Below, piece after piece: positions 26,243-38,139 of a stretch of 64,000 bases of DNA (position 1 is the first letter of the stretch; each line of letters opens with the position of its first letter). The notes below the pieces were generated by a model that saw only the letters and a program-made list of their open reading frames with translations, was not told where the DNA came from and did no database searches. This DNA is from Amoebophrya sp. A120 (lineage: Eukaryota; Protista; Dinoflagellata). A program made the position numbers and the translations under genes. The stretch spans positions 7,160,743 to 7,224,742 of the forward strand of contig CAJINV010000002.1 of the NCBI GenBank assembly GCA_905178155.1, given 5' to 3'.

Positions 26243-27999
26243 GGCTGTGGATGTGGTTGCTCCTCATTAGACTGCATCGAGAATGAACGCCTCTCATTTA
26301 CACATACATACGTAGTGCGACGGAGCACGACGACAGACCAGATCCGTGAGACGAGAGAGAAAAACACAGAAACGGTATTTCGACCAGAGCGCATTTGAAA
26401 GTAGACGCGACGCATTAAGCAGCGCCTGCCTCATGGCTTGTTTGATCGTATATCTGGGCAAAGTGTGTTCTGTTCCACAACTGATGATTTTTAAATACAG
26501 TATGGACCCCCTAGATGCGTAAATCATCTTCATCATCATCGCAGGACGTAAAGGCCCGCGTGTCGTGGAAAGTCACGCTTCTCAGCTAAGGCTTGTTTTG
26601 ACGTGTGAGCCGAAGACTCCTCCGTGTCTGTGCGGACGTCAGAACATTTTTTATTTTTTGTAGCAGGTTCATCTACTACAATGGATATAGATGTCTGTGA
26701 CGAGTCCGAGAGAAAGAACTGCGACTGCATCAAACAGAGCAAACGTAGTATTTTGTCATCATGTTCCTGTGGAGGTCTAGCTCAGTGCTGCGACTGAATG
26801 AGAAGTCAGTGTAGCTAAGTGTAGAATTGCGAATCCATTATTTAATTCTGATATTTTTTCAAATTGTTGTAATAACATTTACACTAACAAGTCCAGCAGC
26901 GTGCATCGATCTTGTATGTGGGATGAGGTGAAAAGTTTATATCTGTGATGTACTACTTTTTTTTGCACAAAGATGTATCCGCTCTGTCGTTGTTGTCCGA
27001 GGCGTTTTCAAAATACAGCGCTAGTGCGAAAGTTAAGCTTCTAGATAGTACTGGCACACTGACCGTGGGCGTGATGTGTTCAGGAGTTGTAGAGCCGCAA
27101 AAACAAAGCAAGACAAAAGCTGTGTTATGGGTTCTTTTGCGACGAGAAGCATCATCGTATATTGCCTGGTAAGTACATGATTTCATTTTGTTTGTTCACC
27201 GTGTTTTCACTGCAAGGTTTTGTAGGGAGAAAGGAAAAGTTAGCTTTTGTGCAATCGGGAGTAGCATAGAAATTAGTCGAGATTTTTTACTATGCATCAA
27301 ATTGAAAAAGCTTGTGCTGAGAGGAAATCGTTGTTGCAAGTATGGACGCCGTGATCTCCACTCTGAAGCAAGCCTCTCAGCGCTTCGACGACCTCCTGGT
27401 ATCACAAGAAAAAGCCTTAACGTTAACGGAATATGTGATGCAGAAATGCATCGCAAGACGTGTCGGAGTTTGTCATGCATAGCATGCATATTGGGCTACA
27501 TTTGTGACGCATGACTACAATCTGTGAAAACCGTTAACATTAACACTTTTTCTTGTGATACCTGGGTGGCGTCATTGAGGATCAAGACGCGCGCGGAGTG
27601 GTCGTGAATTTTACGGGCGTTGCGATTTTTATGCTGATCTTCCTCTCCGGTCCCTTCGAGTGGTTCGGCTCGACAAAGAAGGCGGAAAAAGAGCAAGCAG
27701 AAGCTGTGGGAGCAAAAAAGAAGTGACCGCTAACCGCAATAATTATCGATAGGACCAGAGCAGTAGCTTTAGTTAGTAGACAGGAAGAAAATAATTGCGT
27801 CTCGTCGCAGGCTGAAGGAGCAGGAGGTCCGTTTGTGCTCTCACTGCAGAGGCACGAACTTGAGCCATTCTTTCCGGTGCGGACAAAGCTGCAATTCAAC
27901 ATTTTCCAGACCTGCTTCTAGTGCCGCTAGCTAACACGGCAGCTATCCTTCGGTTCACGACGTAAAAATCCACAAACCAGCCCCCAGGAATCCAACAGA

Positions 28000-30966
28000 A
28001 TGCCGGAGCCACTGGTTGACAACACCGGCGCCTCTGCCATGGAGGTCGATGAGATATGCACTGCAAAAAAAATATCGTATTTATAGTATGAAGTACACCA
28101 TCTTCACTGAACGATAGAAAATGGTGAATAGGAGATTCTGATTCATCACAAGATGAAGGCGACAGAAAGTAGTGTCATGCGCCATTACATACTTGTACGA
28201 AAGCGATACTTTTGATCTTTTGCAGTGCATACAAGACGACGAAGAACAATAAGCGGACGCTGCAGCGGCGAAGTGTCATGGACAACGCCGTTCCGCCAAC
28301 AGACAAGGCTGACGGGGGCAGGTAAGACTAAACCTAGAGGAAAACTATTGATGTTGAAACAAATGTTCGTGCGGGTCTCCTTGTTTCCACACCACACATC
28401 ATGATATCTATGAATTTTTATTTATCTATTACTTGCCTCTTTTTATTTTTTTCTGAAGGTGTATTTTGCTCCGGTTCTACTTATAGTTTCGCAACTCATC
28501 ATTCAGAACGCCGCCCGGTGCCCTGTCGCAGAGCCACAAGCGAGCGCGCAACAGCATGGTTGTCGACCAGAATGGCGTTTTGAAACAGAAAAACGAACTC
28601 TGCGATGCGGTGCTGGGCATCGGCATACCGCACGACTGGACCCGGATAAAGGCGGAGGGGCCCCCGAACGAGGAGGACAACTACGAGATGACGGAAGAGG
28701 GCGAAAGTGACAACTCGCCCGACCGAAAGCACAAAAAAGTGCCTACCTGGTGTATTGAACAAAATTTTTTAGATTACCCACCAGTTCTTGATGTTGATTC
28801 TGCTCTGGAACTACTAAGTTGTGAATGCAAGTAGAGATTATTGAGTTTGGGTTTTTCTTTTTATTCATCGTTGTGCGGTGGTTTCTTATGTTGTGCATAG
28901 ATAAGGATAAATGTGAATTACAAATTCTTCTAAAACAGGCCAAGAATGGGCAAAAGCGGTGGAGGAGCAGAGCGTTTATGGAAAAGTGGCAAAAATAGAT
29001 GCGTCAGAAAAAAGGCAAAGAATCATCAACTACCAAGCAACTTCTTCATCTTCAGCCACGGAGGTTTTGGATCGGGAGGAGCGACGTGAAGTTCGCCATC
29101 ATTTATCTGCATCAAAAGACGAAGTCCAAGAAGTCGCTGTCGCGCATACGTGCATTACAAATTCTATGCCTATTTCTGATGCCTTATACTTTTTCGATTT
29201 CATACTTTCATCGACCCAGATACGGTTTTCGGTGGAAACATGCAGCAAGTGGACCTCCACGAAGTCTTCGGCGCCCCATCGGAGCCGAGCAAAAGGGGTA
29301 CTTGATTTATCATAAAACTATACTCAAGAAAGCATGGGTGCGCGTCGTCTGGCATGAAAGGCGCAAAAAATTGCAAACTTGACTATACTTTATAGTGATG
29401 TATCACATCTTCAGAGGACCACGATTCCCTTTGGACAGGGCTGCTATGAGTACTGCCATTATACCACGACTTTTTCACGTGACATTGCAACACTGCTCAG
29501 GTCGCCGACTATCCGAGACTGCCATGCAGGAGCCGCAGCGAAGATGGTTCCGGGACAAGTTGCGGAAGGTATCCTGTGCAAAAGTATCGTACTCGTACAA
29601 ATGCAATTCTTGCATTACAAATATTTTTCTTAAGGTAAATCAGCATGACAAATTTTATTTCTTATGCGGAGAAAATTTTTTTATACGAGTACGATACTTT
29701 TGCAGTTCATAGAAGGAAGAAGTTTACAATTACGTCCAAGTAATGGGACAGAGCAAACGCATGGACCATTGTATTCTCAGGAAAAACTGCATCTTCACTG
29801 TGAATTGGCGTTTTTTGGACTAAGTTCGTTTCGTATACACATGGACATGACAGAAGACAATTTGTCATGCGTGCTTGTTTTATGAACGTGCCCAAAACAC
29901 GATCCGTGAAGATAGTGACTACTCGTGCATTTGTAGCAAGACAACATCAAGCGGCGTTAGGGATGTTGTATTCTTGGCGCATGAAGATCTTGTTTTCGTC
30001 GTGGTACTGGTACGACATTAGTGATTGACAGTGAAAGCACGTCTTTTCCGTGCGATACACGTATGGCTGAGGCCAGGCGAGGAGGAGCGACAGCAGGGGA
30101 GTTCAAGTTCCTCGGCTACACTGACCAATCGGCCGTTTCTGTTGAAAAACGATTCCACGGGGGGGATCACCAATACAAATGCAGCACAAGGCGCGCAAGC
30201 GTCCGTTCCGTCCTCGTCTTCTGCGGCTGCGGCTGGTACTACTAGTAATTTGAACAACCAGCTGCAACCGAATTGCACCACTACCAACGGAACGTCAACA
30301 CTGGCAGCACCCCCACCTGCTCCTGTTGTACCAGTTGCAGTGACCGCTGGTGGCAATCAACAAGCGGCATCGTCAACACTACCGGAAGTTGTAGGCGACA
30401 AAGCTGCAGCTGGGGGAACCAAGGTACTATTTGAACCAGCTGCAGCAGCGAAAAATACAAACCCCGCAGTAGGATCAGAAGCAGGCCCTGTGCCGGGAGC
30501 AGCAGCTAATGCAATCACAAATCCCGATCCCGTGGTGACGGCCGCAACCGCACCACCAGCGCAGCCGGCTTCTTCTTCCTCTTCGAAGGAAGCCGTCGTG
30601 GCTAGGCCCGAGCAGCAGCAGGAGGAGGTAGGGAAGAAGAAGGGAGGTTCCACTGCCAGTAAAACCTCGATGAAAAAGTCCTCGGCTCCCGCGGTGACCG
30701 CAGCAGCCGCCGGTCTACTGCAGGCACAGTCTGGCTCGGGAGCAGAACAACCCGGCTCGGTGGGTGGAATGGTCGCTGCAAATAATAGCACGGGTGGCGG
30801 TAGCGTGTCCGGCCCCAGCAGCTCCGCCCTGGGAACGGCCAAGGCGAAGTCCAAGGCCAGCAGCGGCCGGGTCGCAAAGGCCAAGTCCACCAGCACAAGT
30901 TCCAAGTCAGCGAAAATGAAAAACGCACCGAAAAAGGACCAGCAGAATCCTTCAAAGGAGGGATAG
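28000..30966 (+). CDS. INCENP IN-box (Aurora-kinase-binding) domain protein with A/S/G-rich tail
   Basis: Spliced core reads EDNYEMTEEGESDNSPDRKHKKVPTWCQEWAKAVEEQSVIDPDTVFGGNMQQVDLHEVFG...KRGRRLSE...WFRDKLRKEEVYNYVQVMGQ, an IN-box-like pattern. Uses GT-AG introns 28752-28938 and 29298-29500 and TIR elements at 28055, 28977, 29570 and 29772. The junction near 28322-28506 could not be resolved. Confidence 0.7.
28055..28231. mobile_element. TIR introner, family A (degenerate, 177 bp)
   Basis: TATGCACTGCAAAA...TTTTGCAGTGCATA; flanks TGAGA/CAAGA. Confidence 0.8.
28977..29204. mobile_element. Degenerate TIR introner (228 bp)
   Basis: TATGGAAA...GCGTCAGAAAAAAGGCAAAGAAT pairs with ATTCTATGCCTATTTCTGATGC...TTTCATA; element+5 gives EEQSV|IDPDTVFG. 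Confidence 0.75.
29570..29711. mobile_element. TIR introner, family A (142 bp)
   Basis: TATCCTGTGCAAAAGTATCGTACTCGTA...TACGAGTACGATACTTTTGCAGTTCATA; perfect direct repeat GAAGG. Confidence 0.93.
29772..30057. mobile_element. Degenerate TIR introner (286 bp)
   Basis: TATTCTCAGGAAAAACTGCATCTTCACTGT pairs with ACAGTGAAAGCACGTCTTTTCCGTGCGATA; flanks CATTG/CACGT; links into the frame of ORF 30025..30966. Confidence 0.72.
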
Positions 30967-32058
30967 CGAGCAGGATTGCGAGGTAGAAATTAGCTAGCGT
31001 ACTTCAGGAGCTCATAGGTCGCTGCAATCCAACTGAAGAAGAAGATGAGGAAAGAAAGAATTTGTGTAGCTGGGACACTTCTACACAAGTGACCAAGAAA
31101 AACAAAGATGGCGCTATTGGAGAAAGCCACTCAAAAATCAGACTTCAAGGAAAAGTGCTGCTTTTTTGAAATCCTTTACATATATTTTTCAGTATTCTTC
31201 ATCAATATCAGTTAACATCTTCCGACAACTAATTTCAGTAGTATAGAAGCTGTAAAACAAACTACCTCCGAAGTAATCCAAGCGATTTTATCTACACAAG
31301 CGACTTTTTGTTTTTTGTTTGAAGTAGAGCGAAGCAGAAGCAGCTCTCCAATGGGATGAAATTGGATGCGTTTTATATGTTGGGGTTAAGATGAAATTGA
31401 AAACGCAATGCAAGGCACTCTGACTCCTGCTGGGGCAGACAAGATTTGCAAATGAAGCAGTGACCACGACCCTTCCACACTTTTTAAGATTACAAAGACG
31501 AGCCCGCGCTGTGAGGGACTTTGACTTCATCATGAGTGGGTCTCCAATAGAGCCACCTGGTGTCTGTTTTGCTCTGTCGTCGATAGAGACGCTACGCCAT
31601 TTCATGATCCTACTGAGCCTTACAGATGATGGAGAGCGAGAGAATGACAGGCGACGTGCACCACGTGCACGTGGCACGAAAGTCGTCAATTACCTTTACA
31701 GATCCGTGCGTACTGCAACACCTGTTGAAGTTCTAGTTTGCTGGAAGCGTGCATGTTGCGAGATCTCATACTGATTCTAGATTCTACTCATAATAGTGGA
31801 TTCAGCATCAAGCGGGCGGGCTGCAGTTGTGAGGTGGGCAGTCTAGCATCCGGGCCGCAGTCTGTGAGTACTTACGGTGCCGCGCTCTAGTACAACTTAC
31901 AAAAAACCTAGTCGACATTTCTCGCGACGTAAAAGTCATCTACTAAGATGGCTCATAACCCCGGCTCGTTTCACTCCGCCTTGTGGCGTCAGGTTGCTGC
32001 TACGTCTTCAAGGCTCAGAACAGGGACTTCCAAGAGGACGACGACCCAGAACGCCATC

Positions 32059-35000
32059 ATGCTGGCTTCGTTCTGTGCCACTCTCCTACCGCTACTAGCG
32101 GAGGGTCTGCTGCATACCGTCAGCAAAAAGTCCGCGGAGGTCGAGATGGAGGCTCCGACGTCGATGTTTCGAAAGGAAACCATGCCAGCTGTGCCCACCA
32201 CGGTGATTGTGATCATCAATCTGACGGTGCAGTATTTCCTCGTGTACGCCATGCTGGCCTTCTATGGATGTGTCAGAGTTGAAATCGACAAAGTTGAAAT
32301 AATTTGTCGTGCATAAAATGGATGCCAGTTGGAACCCAGTTTCCAAGCGGCGCATGACAAATTTTGGCGGTCCTTAAATCCAGTTTGTCATGCTGTTTAG
32401 GCTTAGAAGACTGATTTTCTTATGCTACTTTAGCAGCTCGAGCTGTAACCCCTAACAGGCTTACAATCGGCCTCACTTGCCTGCTCTGCAACGCACGTGC
32501 CTCGGGTCATGCATTTTATGCATTACAGATTATTTCAACTTTGACGATTTCAAACCTGACGCTTCCATACCTTCTCCCGTACCTTCAACGCGATGTACCC
32601 GGGGAATCCCTCGCTTCTGGGCTTTCAGAAACTCATGGAATCCTGCACTTTTTTATGAAGTGCAAGCATCATATAAATCGTGGCAGCTGCTGGTGCTTCT
32701 GCTCGGTCGGTGAAGTAGGCCTGGCAAATCTACGCATTTTGACCGTCCTGGCGCGCCGGCGTCGCGTCATCCTCCATACAACGAGAGGTCTGGCGTGTTT
32801 TTGATCAAAATCATGCCAAGTGGATACACAATCAAAAACTTGTATACGGGTTGTGAGTGCCAGTGGTCGCAGGTACTTATCGGCTGCACGACAGACTGAA
32901 AATACGACTGACGTGCCTCTACCTTAGTCCCTTCGAGCTGACACCGATCAAATAAAAGTAGCCACGATGCAGCACTCTCCTTTCATACCCTGTCTGCAAC
33001 TACTGTCCGATGTTGTGTGTGCTTTACCTCGGCGCCCGCATGCGCGCGGAGCAGATTGCGCAGGGCAAGACGGAGGAATTGAATCTGCCTTCCCCATTGA
33101 CCCGGTTTGGCATGCAGCTGGGGGCCAACTGCGTTTTGGGACAGCTGCTCTGCGTTCTGGTGTTACCGCTCCTGATATGACAGTGCACAACTCCCCCGTG
33201 TCGTCCCCCTCATTTGTGATGGATGAACGACAGATGAGGGGGAGATGAGCGGAGTGCTGCAAAAATCTCATACTTCACCGGGAGCTGCTCCGTGCCCGTG
33301 GATGGGGAGGGGAACTTGGACTTGCAGAGGTGCGTATTAGCGCCGGATATTTTACGTGATTACGTACGGCAAGCATCACTTACTTATGCTGCCACGTGGG
33401 ACTCTCTTTTTTGTTTTGCTGGGTTTGACTATGATACAGAACATGAATTCAGCAAATATTTCTGTAGGCTTGGCGTCTCCAAGGCGGTGTTAGCCCTGCT
33501 GACCACTCTGCGCTACTTCCTCCTCGCTGGCGTGTATGGGGGCGCCATTGTCGTGGTGTACGGGATTCACACGATGGACATTGCGGACGAAGCCATCAAA
33601 AACCAGATGTGGCCAGACGACACCTTCCCGAAAGTGTCCCCGCCGGTGCAGGCCACGATCTTTCTTTCTTCCCTCTTCTTCGTGCTCTACTCCGCGCTGG
33701 CGCTGCTGCGCACCTACATGGATTTCTTCGGTGCCAACAACGTGGCCGAGAAGCTGGGCGGCTGCCTGTCGCTCGCCACGTTCACCGTCAACATGGCGCC
33801 GATGCTGTATCATTTGTAAAAACCTCCCCACACCAGAGTTGTAATGCAAATCTGCATGCTGAAATGGTTTCTCATGCCGAGACCCATGAGAAGCAGTCTT
33901 TAGTCGTGTTTTGGGCTTTGTGATGCCAGAAGCAGCATGATATGCCAGATCTGTGATGCTGCTGAACAAGCTAAACAGGAGCATTACACTACGAGGGCAA
34001 GCCTGTCATGCGAGACAGCCAAAGCTAGTGGATTTGTCTAGCAGATTTCTCATCTTGACTATGGGGTGGGGACGTTTTAACACAGGATAGGCTGTGCATC
34101 CTGTTCATCGGCGCGCGGATGCGCGCCTTGCAGATGGACCCCGTGACCGGCAAGCTTCCGGAGTACGCCCAGTACGCCTGCTACGGGTGCAGCGGCGCGA
34201 TTCTGCTGCAGGCCGCGCTGATCATCCTTCTGCCCTACACCGCGCCCCAGGTGCAGTGCGTTCGCGGGGATTTCGAGGGCGACGTGAAATTCGTGGGGCT
34301 GCGCGGTCTCCTCGCCACGGTCTTCCAAACGCTCCGGTATTTTGCCCTGTTTGCGTATGGGAGTGCCAGGATCGAAATCGACAAAATCGAAATGATCTGT
34401 AATGCATAAAATGCTACGCAAAAAGCGAATCTATTGCAGAGGATGCAAGGAAGGCGGATTGTAGTCCTGGTAAGGGTTAAGTGTTGGGCTGCTGACTAGC
34501 ATGACAAAAGGCAGCTCTTTTGCCCTAAACCGCATGACAAATTCGCTTCCAGGAGGGGGATAATTTGTCATGCGCCGACTACAAGCTGTGGGTCTAACTG
34601 GCATCGATTTTGTGCATCACAAGTTTTTCGATTTTGTCAAGTTCGATTCTGACACTTCAATATTGCGGTCTACGGCGGGTTTTCCGCTGTCTGCTACGCC
34701 ATCTTCACGATGAAACCCGCCGGGGCGGACGACAGCTTCGCGCCGCCGCCCCTGTCGCCCGCCATGCTCTGCGTGATGAACCTGGTGGCGCAGTACTTCT
34801 TTATTTACCTATCCCTCTTCGTGACGCAAACCATTCGCATGTACAAGCCCGACATCCGGCTCTTGAACGTGTGTACACCTGGGAAATATTGCGTCTGCTG
34901 GTTCTTGTTCGTGCCCTGAAGGAAGATGCGTACTGTTTGCGTGTTTTGCTTTCGGAAATTTGTTCATTTCTCAAAAATAAATTGCATCTGTATAATTGCT

Positions 35001-37076
35001 ATTGCATGTCGCGACTGGTTTTGTCAGTCTTGCGCAAAATCGAAGAACAGGTCTTCCAATTATTCGACTTAGAAAGGGTGTTTATGTAGATGCATTTCGA
35101 AGATTCGCAACGGAGCCGCTGCGATTGCGCGTTAAAGCGTCTCAATCATCAAGAACACTTCATCTTCATCAGCGAGAAATGCATGACTTTCTTCCCTGTC
35201 GGAACCACCCAGAGGGCGTAATATTTGCGTGTGATAGTTTTTGCGCAGGCGGTAGAGAACGCGCGTATGACGGTGATGTATGCCCCAATGCTCGCCGTTC
35301 TGTTCGTCGTGTGCCGAATGCGTGCGCTGCAGCTAGCGCGCACGACGAGCAACACCATCCCCGCAAACGCCGGGCCACCGACGTACGCGCAGGAGTGCAT
35401 GTACCTCGCGACCTGGAGCGTGTTTGGAGGTCTCAAGCGTTTGTATTCCTTGCTGTTGATGCATGAAGTATTTGTGACGCAAGACAAACAAAAGGGCAAG
35501 GGTGGGGAACAAGGTAAAGACTTGCGCGCCTTTGATACTTACTTATTCATATTTACGAATTTGTAGCGGCTTCCCTTCCTTTGCTATTCAGCGCGTCGCG
35601 AACTTGCCATGCGAAGTAGCTTTATCGTCTCTATTCATTGGCTTTGGGCTATTGGTAAACATTGCATGGCAATTCATTTCACGCAACAGCGACCAGTGTA
35701 AAAACGCTTGAGAATCCTATAGCGTGCTGGCACAGATTTTGCTCGTGCTCGTCATGTCCTTTTCATACCCGATCGAGCTGGATGATTATGTCGGGGAACA
35801 AAGTCTTCTGCTACCCCTACCTATCATCAAGCTTTTTGTAGTTGTTTTCAACAATCCTCCACGGTACTCAATTCGATTTAACGATTCGTTACGTTGTTTT
35901 TTGATGTAGTTGTTCGTGTAAAAATCATCCGACTTATTTTCGTATAAAACGAATCGATGCTGTAGTTGAGGACGCGGAGGGTCGTGCAACTCATGCATGG
36001 TGACTGGGCAAGAAGATTTTCGTTGCACGAGGATAACGAAGACGGCAATGTAAAGGTTCCCAAGACCAGTAACCTCACCGTTGCGTACTTGATTTCAGCG
36101 TTGCGGTACGGCTCCCTGATCGCCATGCACGGTGGCTCGTGCGGGATCGTGTACGCGTATCCACAGTGAATTTCCTGTACACGACGTACAAATGCGGTTC
36201 CTGCATGACCAAGCTTGCCTTCGATCCTAGTTAGCATGACAACTGCCATGCTCTAAGTTGGGGAAATTTTTGATGCATTTTGTACGTGTGCGGTAAATTT
36301 CCTGTGGATAACACGCTGATCTACATGACCCCGGAGACCATCCAGCCCTACGCACACAACCCGATCCTGCCCCCCAGTGTCGGGGTGGAGGTGCCTATGG
36401 TAGGGAAAAGCTGCGACCTCTCGGCCGGCTTGACGACGTCGACAAGTACTCGTTTATTTTAAGATCATACAGACCGCTTCGTGTTCGTCTGCGAGTTCAT
36501 CGAAGTATCATCTCGGAAAGAACTCTCAGGCCCTCGCTGCAGGTCCACCATCCTCCCTAGGTTACAGCAACTCGTCCGCAGAGACGAGCAAAACCGTGGG
36601 AGTTCATTTTCGTTGTGCATGGATGCAGATATTATATGCCAAAAATATTAATCGATGACATGAAATGTTTACATGCGTCGGCCGCCGAAAAGGATCATAT
36701 GACTTCCTCCTCCATAGCCTCCGCTCCTGTCAGCCCGGAATCTACCGCTGCCGTCGCAGATATCCTCGCAAACAGTGTTAGCAACTTTTTTGGCAGATCA
36801 ATTCGTCAGGGTCAGGCGGTAACGCATGAGCTAAAACGCTGCAACTGCTGGCAGAGAAGCCTAGCATGCATCGAATAACGAAATAAGACACAGTGTAATA
36901 TCATGCATGGGTGGAGGTGGAGGAGCCTCCTTCTCAATCTTCAGTAAAATAAGCTGTTGGAGATGGAGGCGTTAACTAACACTTTCTGCTTGATAACAGG
37001 CTCCGCTCCACTGGGCTCGGCACCCGCGACCACGCCGGGCAGCGGCGCGGCAACCAGTTTCTTGGCGTTTGCGTGA
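32059..37076 (+). CDS. Multi-pass membrane protein of unknown function with three internal repeats, about 625 aa, 13 exons
   Basis: Repeated units (NLTVQYFLVY / NLVAQYFFIY; PMLCVLYLGARMRAEQ / PMLCILFIGARMRALQ / PMLAVLFVVCRMRALQ; DGEGN / DFEGD / DDDGN) assemble after removing 11 TIR elements (+5 nt each) and GT-AG intron 33330-33467; spliced length 1878 nt is a multiple of 3. An upstream in-frame ATG exists at 31948. Confidence 0.85.
32263..32569. mobile_element. TIR introner, family C (307 bp)
   Basis: About 58-bp imperfect TIR TATGGATGTGTCAGAGTTGAAATCGACAAAGTTGAAATAA...; perfect direct repeat CCTTC. Confidence 0.95.
32654..32987. mobile_element. Degenerate TIR introner (334 bp)
   Basis: TATGAA...ATCGTGGC pairs with GCCACGAT...TTCATA; direct repeat lost; element+5 restores ESCTF|xCNYCPML. 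Confidence 0.65.
33176..33272. mobile_element. TIR introner, family F (97 bp)
   Basis: TATGACAGTGCACAACTCCCCC...CCCCCTCATTTGT pairs with ACAGATGAGGGGGAG...TCTCATA; flanks CCTGA/CTTCA. Confidence 0.82.
33808..34089. mobile_element. TIR introner, family D (282 bp)
   Basis: TATCATTTGTAAAAACCTCCCCACACCA...TGGGGTGGGGACGTTTTAACACAGGATA; flanks TGCTG/GGCTG; body similar to the 51471 element. Confidence 0.9.
34356..34662. mobile_element. TIR introner, family C (307 bp)
   Basis: TATGGGAGTGCCAGGATCGAAATCGACAAAATCGAAA...; perfect direct repeat TTGCG; body similar to the 58781 element. Confidence 0.93.
34874..35236. mobile_element. Degenerate TIR introner (363 bp)
   Basis: TACACCTGGGAAATATTGCG pairs with CGTAATATTTGCGTGTGATA; flanks GTGTG/GTTTT; frame restored. 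Confidence 0.65.
35423..35721. mobile_element. TIR introner, singleton (299 bp)
   Basis: TTTGGAGGTCTCAAGCGTTT pairs with AAACGCTTGAGAATCCTATA; perfect direct repeat GCGTG. Confidence 0.82.
35787..36035. mobile_element. Degenerate TIR introner (249 bp)
   Basis: TATGTCGGGGAACAAAGTCTTCT pairs with AGAAGATTTTCGTTGCACGAGGATA; flanks ATGAT/ACGAA; gives ELDD|DGNVK. Confidence 0.7.
36158..36310. mobile_element. TIR introner, singleton with family-E-like termini (153 bp)
   Basis: TATCCACAGTGAATTT...AAATTTCCTGTGGATA; flanks ACGCG/ACACG. Confidence 0.85.
36396..36716. mobile_element. Degenerate TIR introner (321 bp)
   Basis: TATGGTAGGGAAAAG pairs with CTTCCTCCTCCATA; element+5 gives VEVP|APVSPE. Confidence 0.6.
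36761..36995. mobile_element. Degenerate TIR introner (235 bp)
   Basis: TATCCTCGCAAACAGTGTTAG pairs with CTAACACTTTCTGCTTGATA; flanks GCAGA/ACAGG. Confidence 0.7.
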
Positions 37077-37838
37077 AGGGTCAGGGGTTGACTTGACTAC
37101 TTGACTGCGCGTATAGCTTGACTGCGCGTATAGTTATGTCGCAGTGGAGGTCTCACTAGTAGGCGGAGATGAGCGATGTACAGAGACTCAGTAGCGGGCA
37201 TTCTCGCAGCACCATAGATAAGGTCGAGCTCCTCATCTTTCAGGCCCTTTTTTTTTTCCACAGTAGTTTCTTTTGTGAGTTTCTACTTTCGCGGCGACCA
37301 TTTGCATCTTTCACAGCGCCCGGAAAGCGCGACATCTGATCGTGAAATGACATAATATTTTTTTCCGTCGAAGGAGACATAGAGATAGAAGATGAACTTC
37401 TTGATGAAGATGATTTTGCACAGCAGTTTCGTTGTCAACAACGAGAACGACGTTGTTTACCTGTCTGACCGAAGGTGTCAAATGCAAAGTACTCAGGCGA
37501 TCATACTGAAATCCGTCACACAATCGAGGAAAAATACTCAGGATCAACTTTTATCGAAGTAAACAAAGGCTAAAAATCATATCCGCTAAAGATGTATCGG
37601 TCGCATGTGATTCTTACCAAGGCATGCAGCAATCGCGAAAGGAATTATGATCCTGATCCATCAAGATAAAGTGGTAAATACACACAAAAGATCTTGGCAC
37701 CTTGGCGGCAAAACTAAAAATGAGTTGTTGTGGGTCGGCGAAGCAAGCCTGGTGTGCTGCGTCCATGCTTCCAATCTCAAAAAAAAAAAAAAACAGTCAT
37801 TGCTTTTTCGAATAAGTCGCTGGACTTCAACGTCAGCC

Positions 37839-37914
37839 TTATTGTAAAATCGCAACCTCTCATCTCATTCACTCCATCAAGCTTTATTGTAGAATCACAA
37901 CCTCTCATCTCATT
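37839..37914 (+). repeat. Intergenic direct repeat, 2 x 31 bp (TTATTGTARAATCRCAACCTCTCATCTCATT)
   Basis: Copies at 37839 and 37884. Confidence 0.7.
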
Positions 37915-38139
37915 GGTTACACTTGTATACGATACAATTTGTATGATTCCAGATTGTCATCCTCATCATATCCATACCTCATAAGTATATCCACATCCGG
38001 TTGTATTGTGATAGACAATCACGATCAAAATTTTCATTGTATGATTTGCCAGAAACTATTAAACACGAAATAAAGTAGAGATAGAAACAACAAAGAAACA
38101 GGTTCGTCGCCCAGTGCTCAGGAGCTGCACCAGAACAAA

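Noticed and set aside
28323-28485. Possible further degenerate TIR element in the INCENP-like gene
   Set aside because: Weak end pairing, and no register I tried joined the ATG-28000 frame to the downstream exon; left unresolved.
37098-37133. Short tandem duplication (CTTGACTGCGCGTATAG x2) after the membrane-protein stop
   Set aside because: Ordinary slippage duplication with no further evidence of function.
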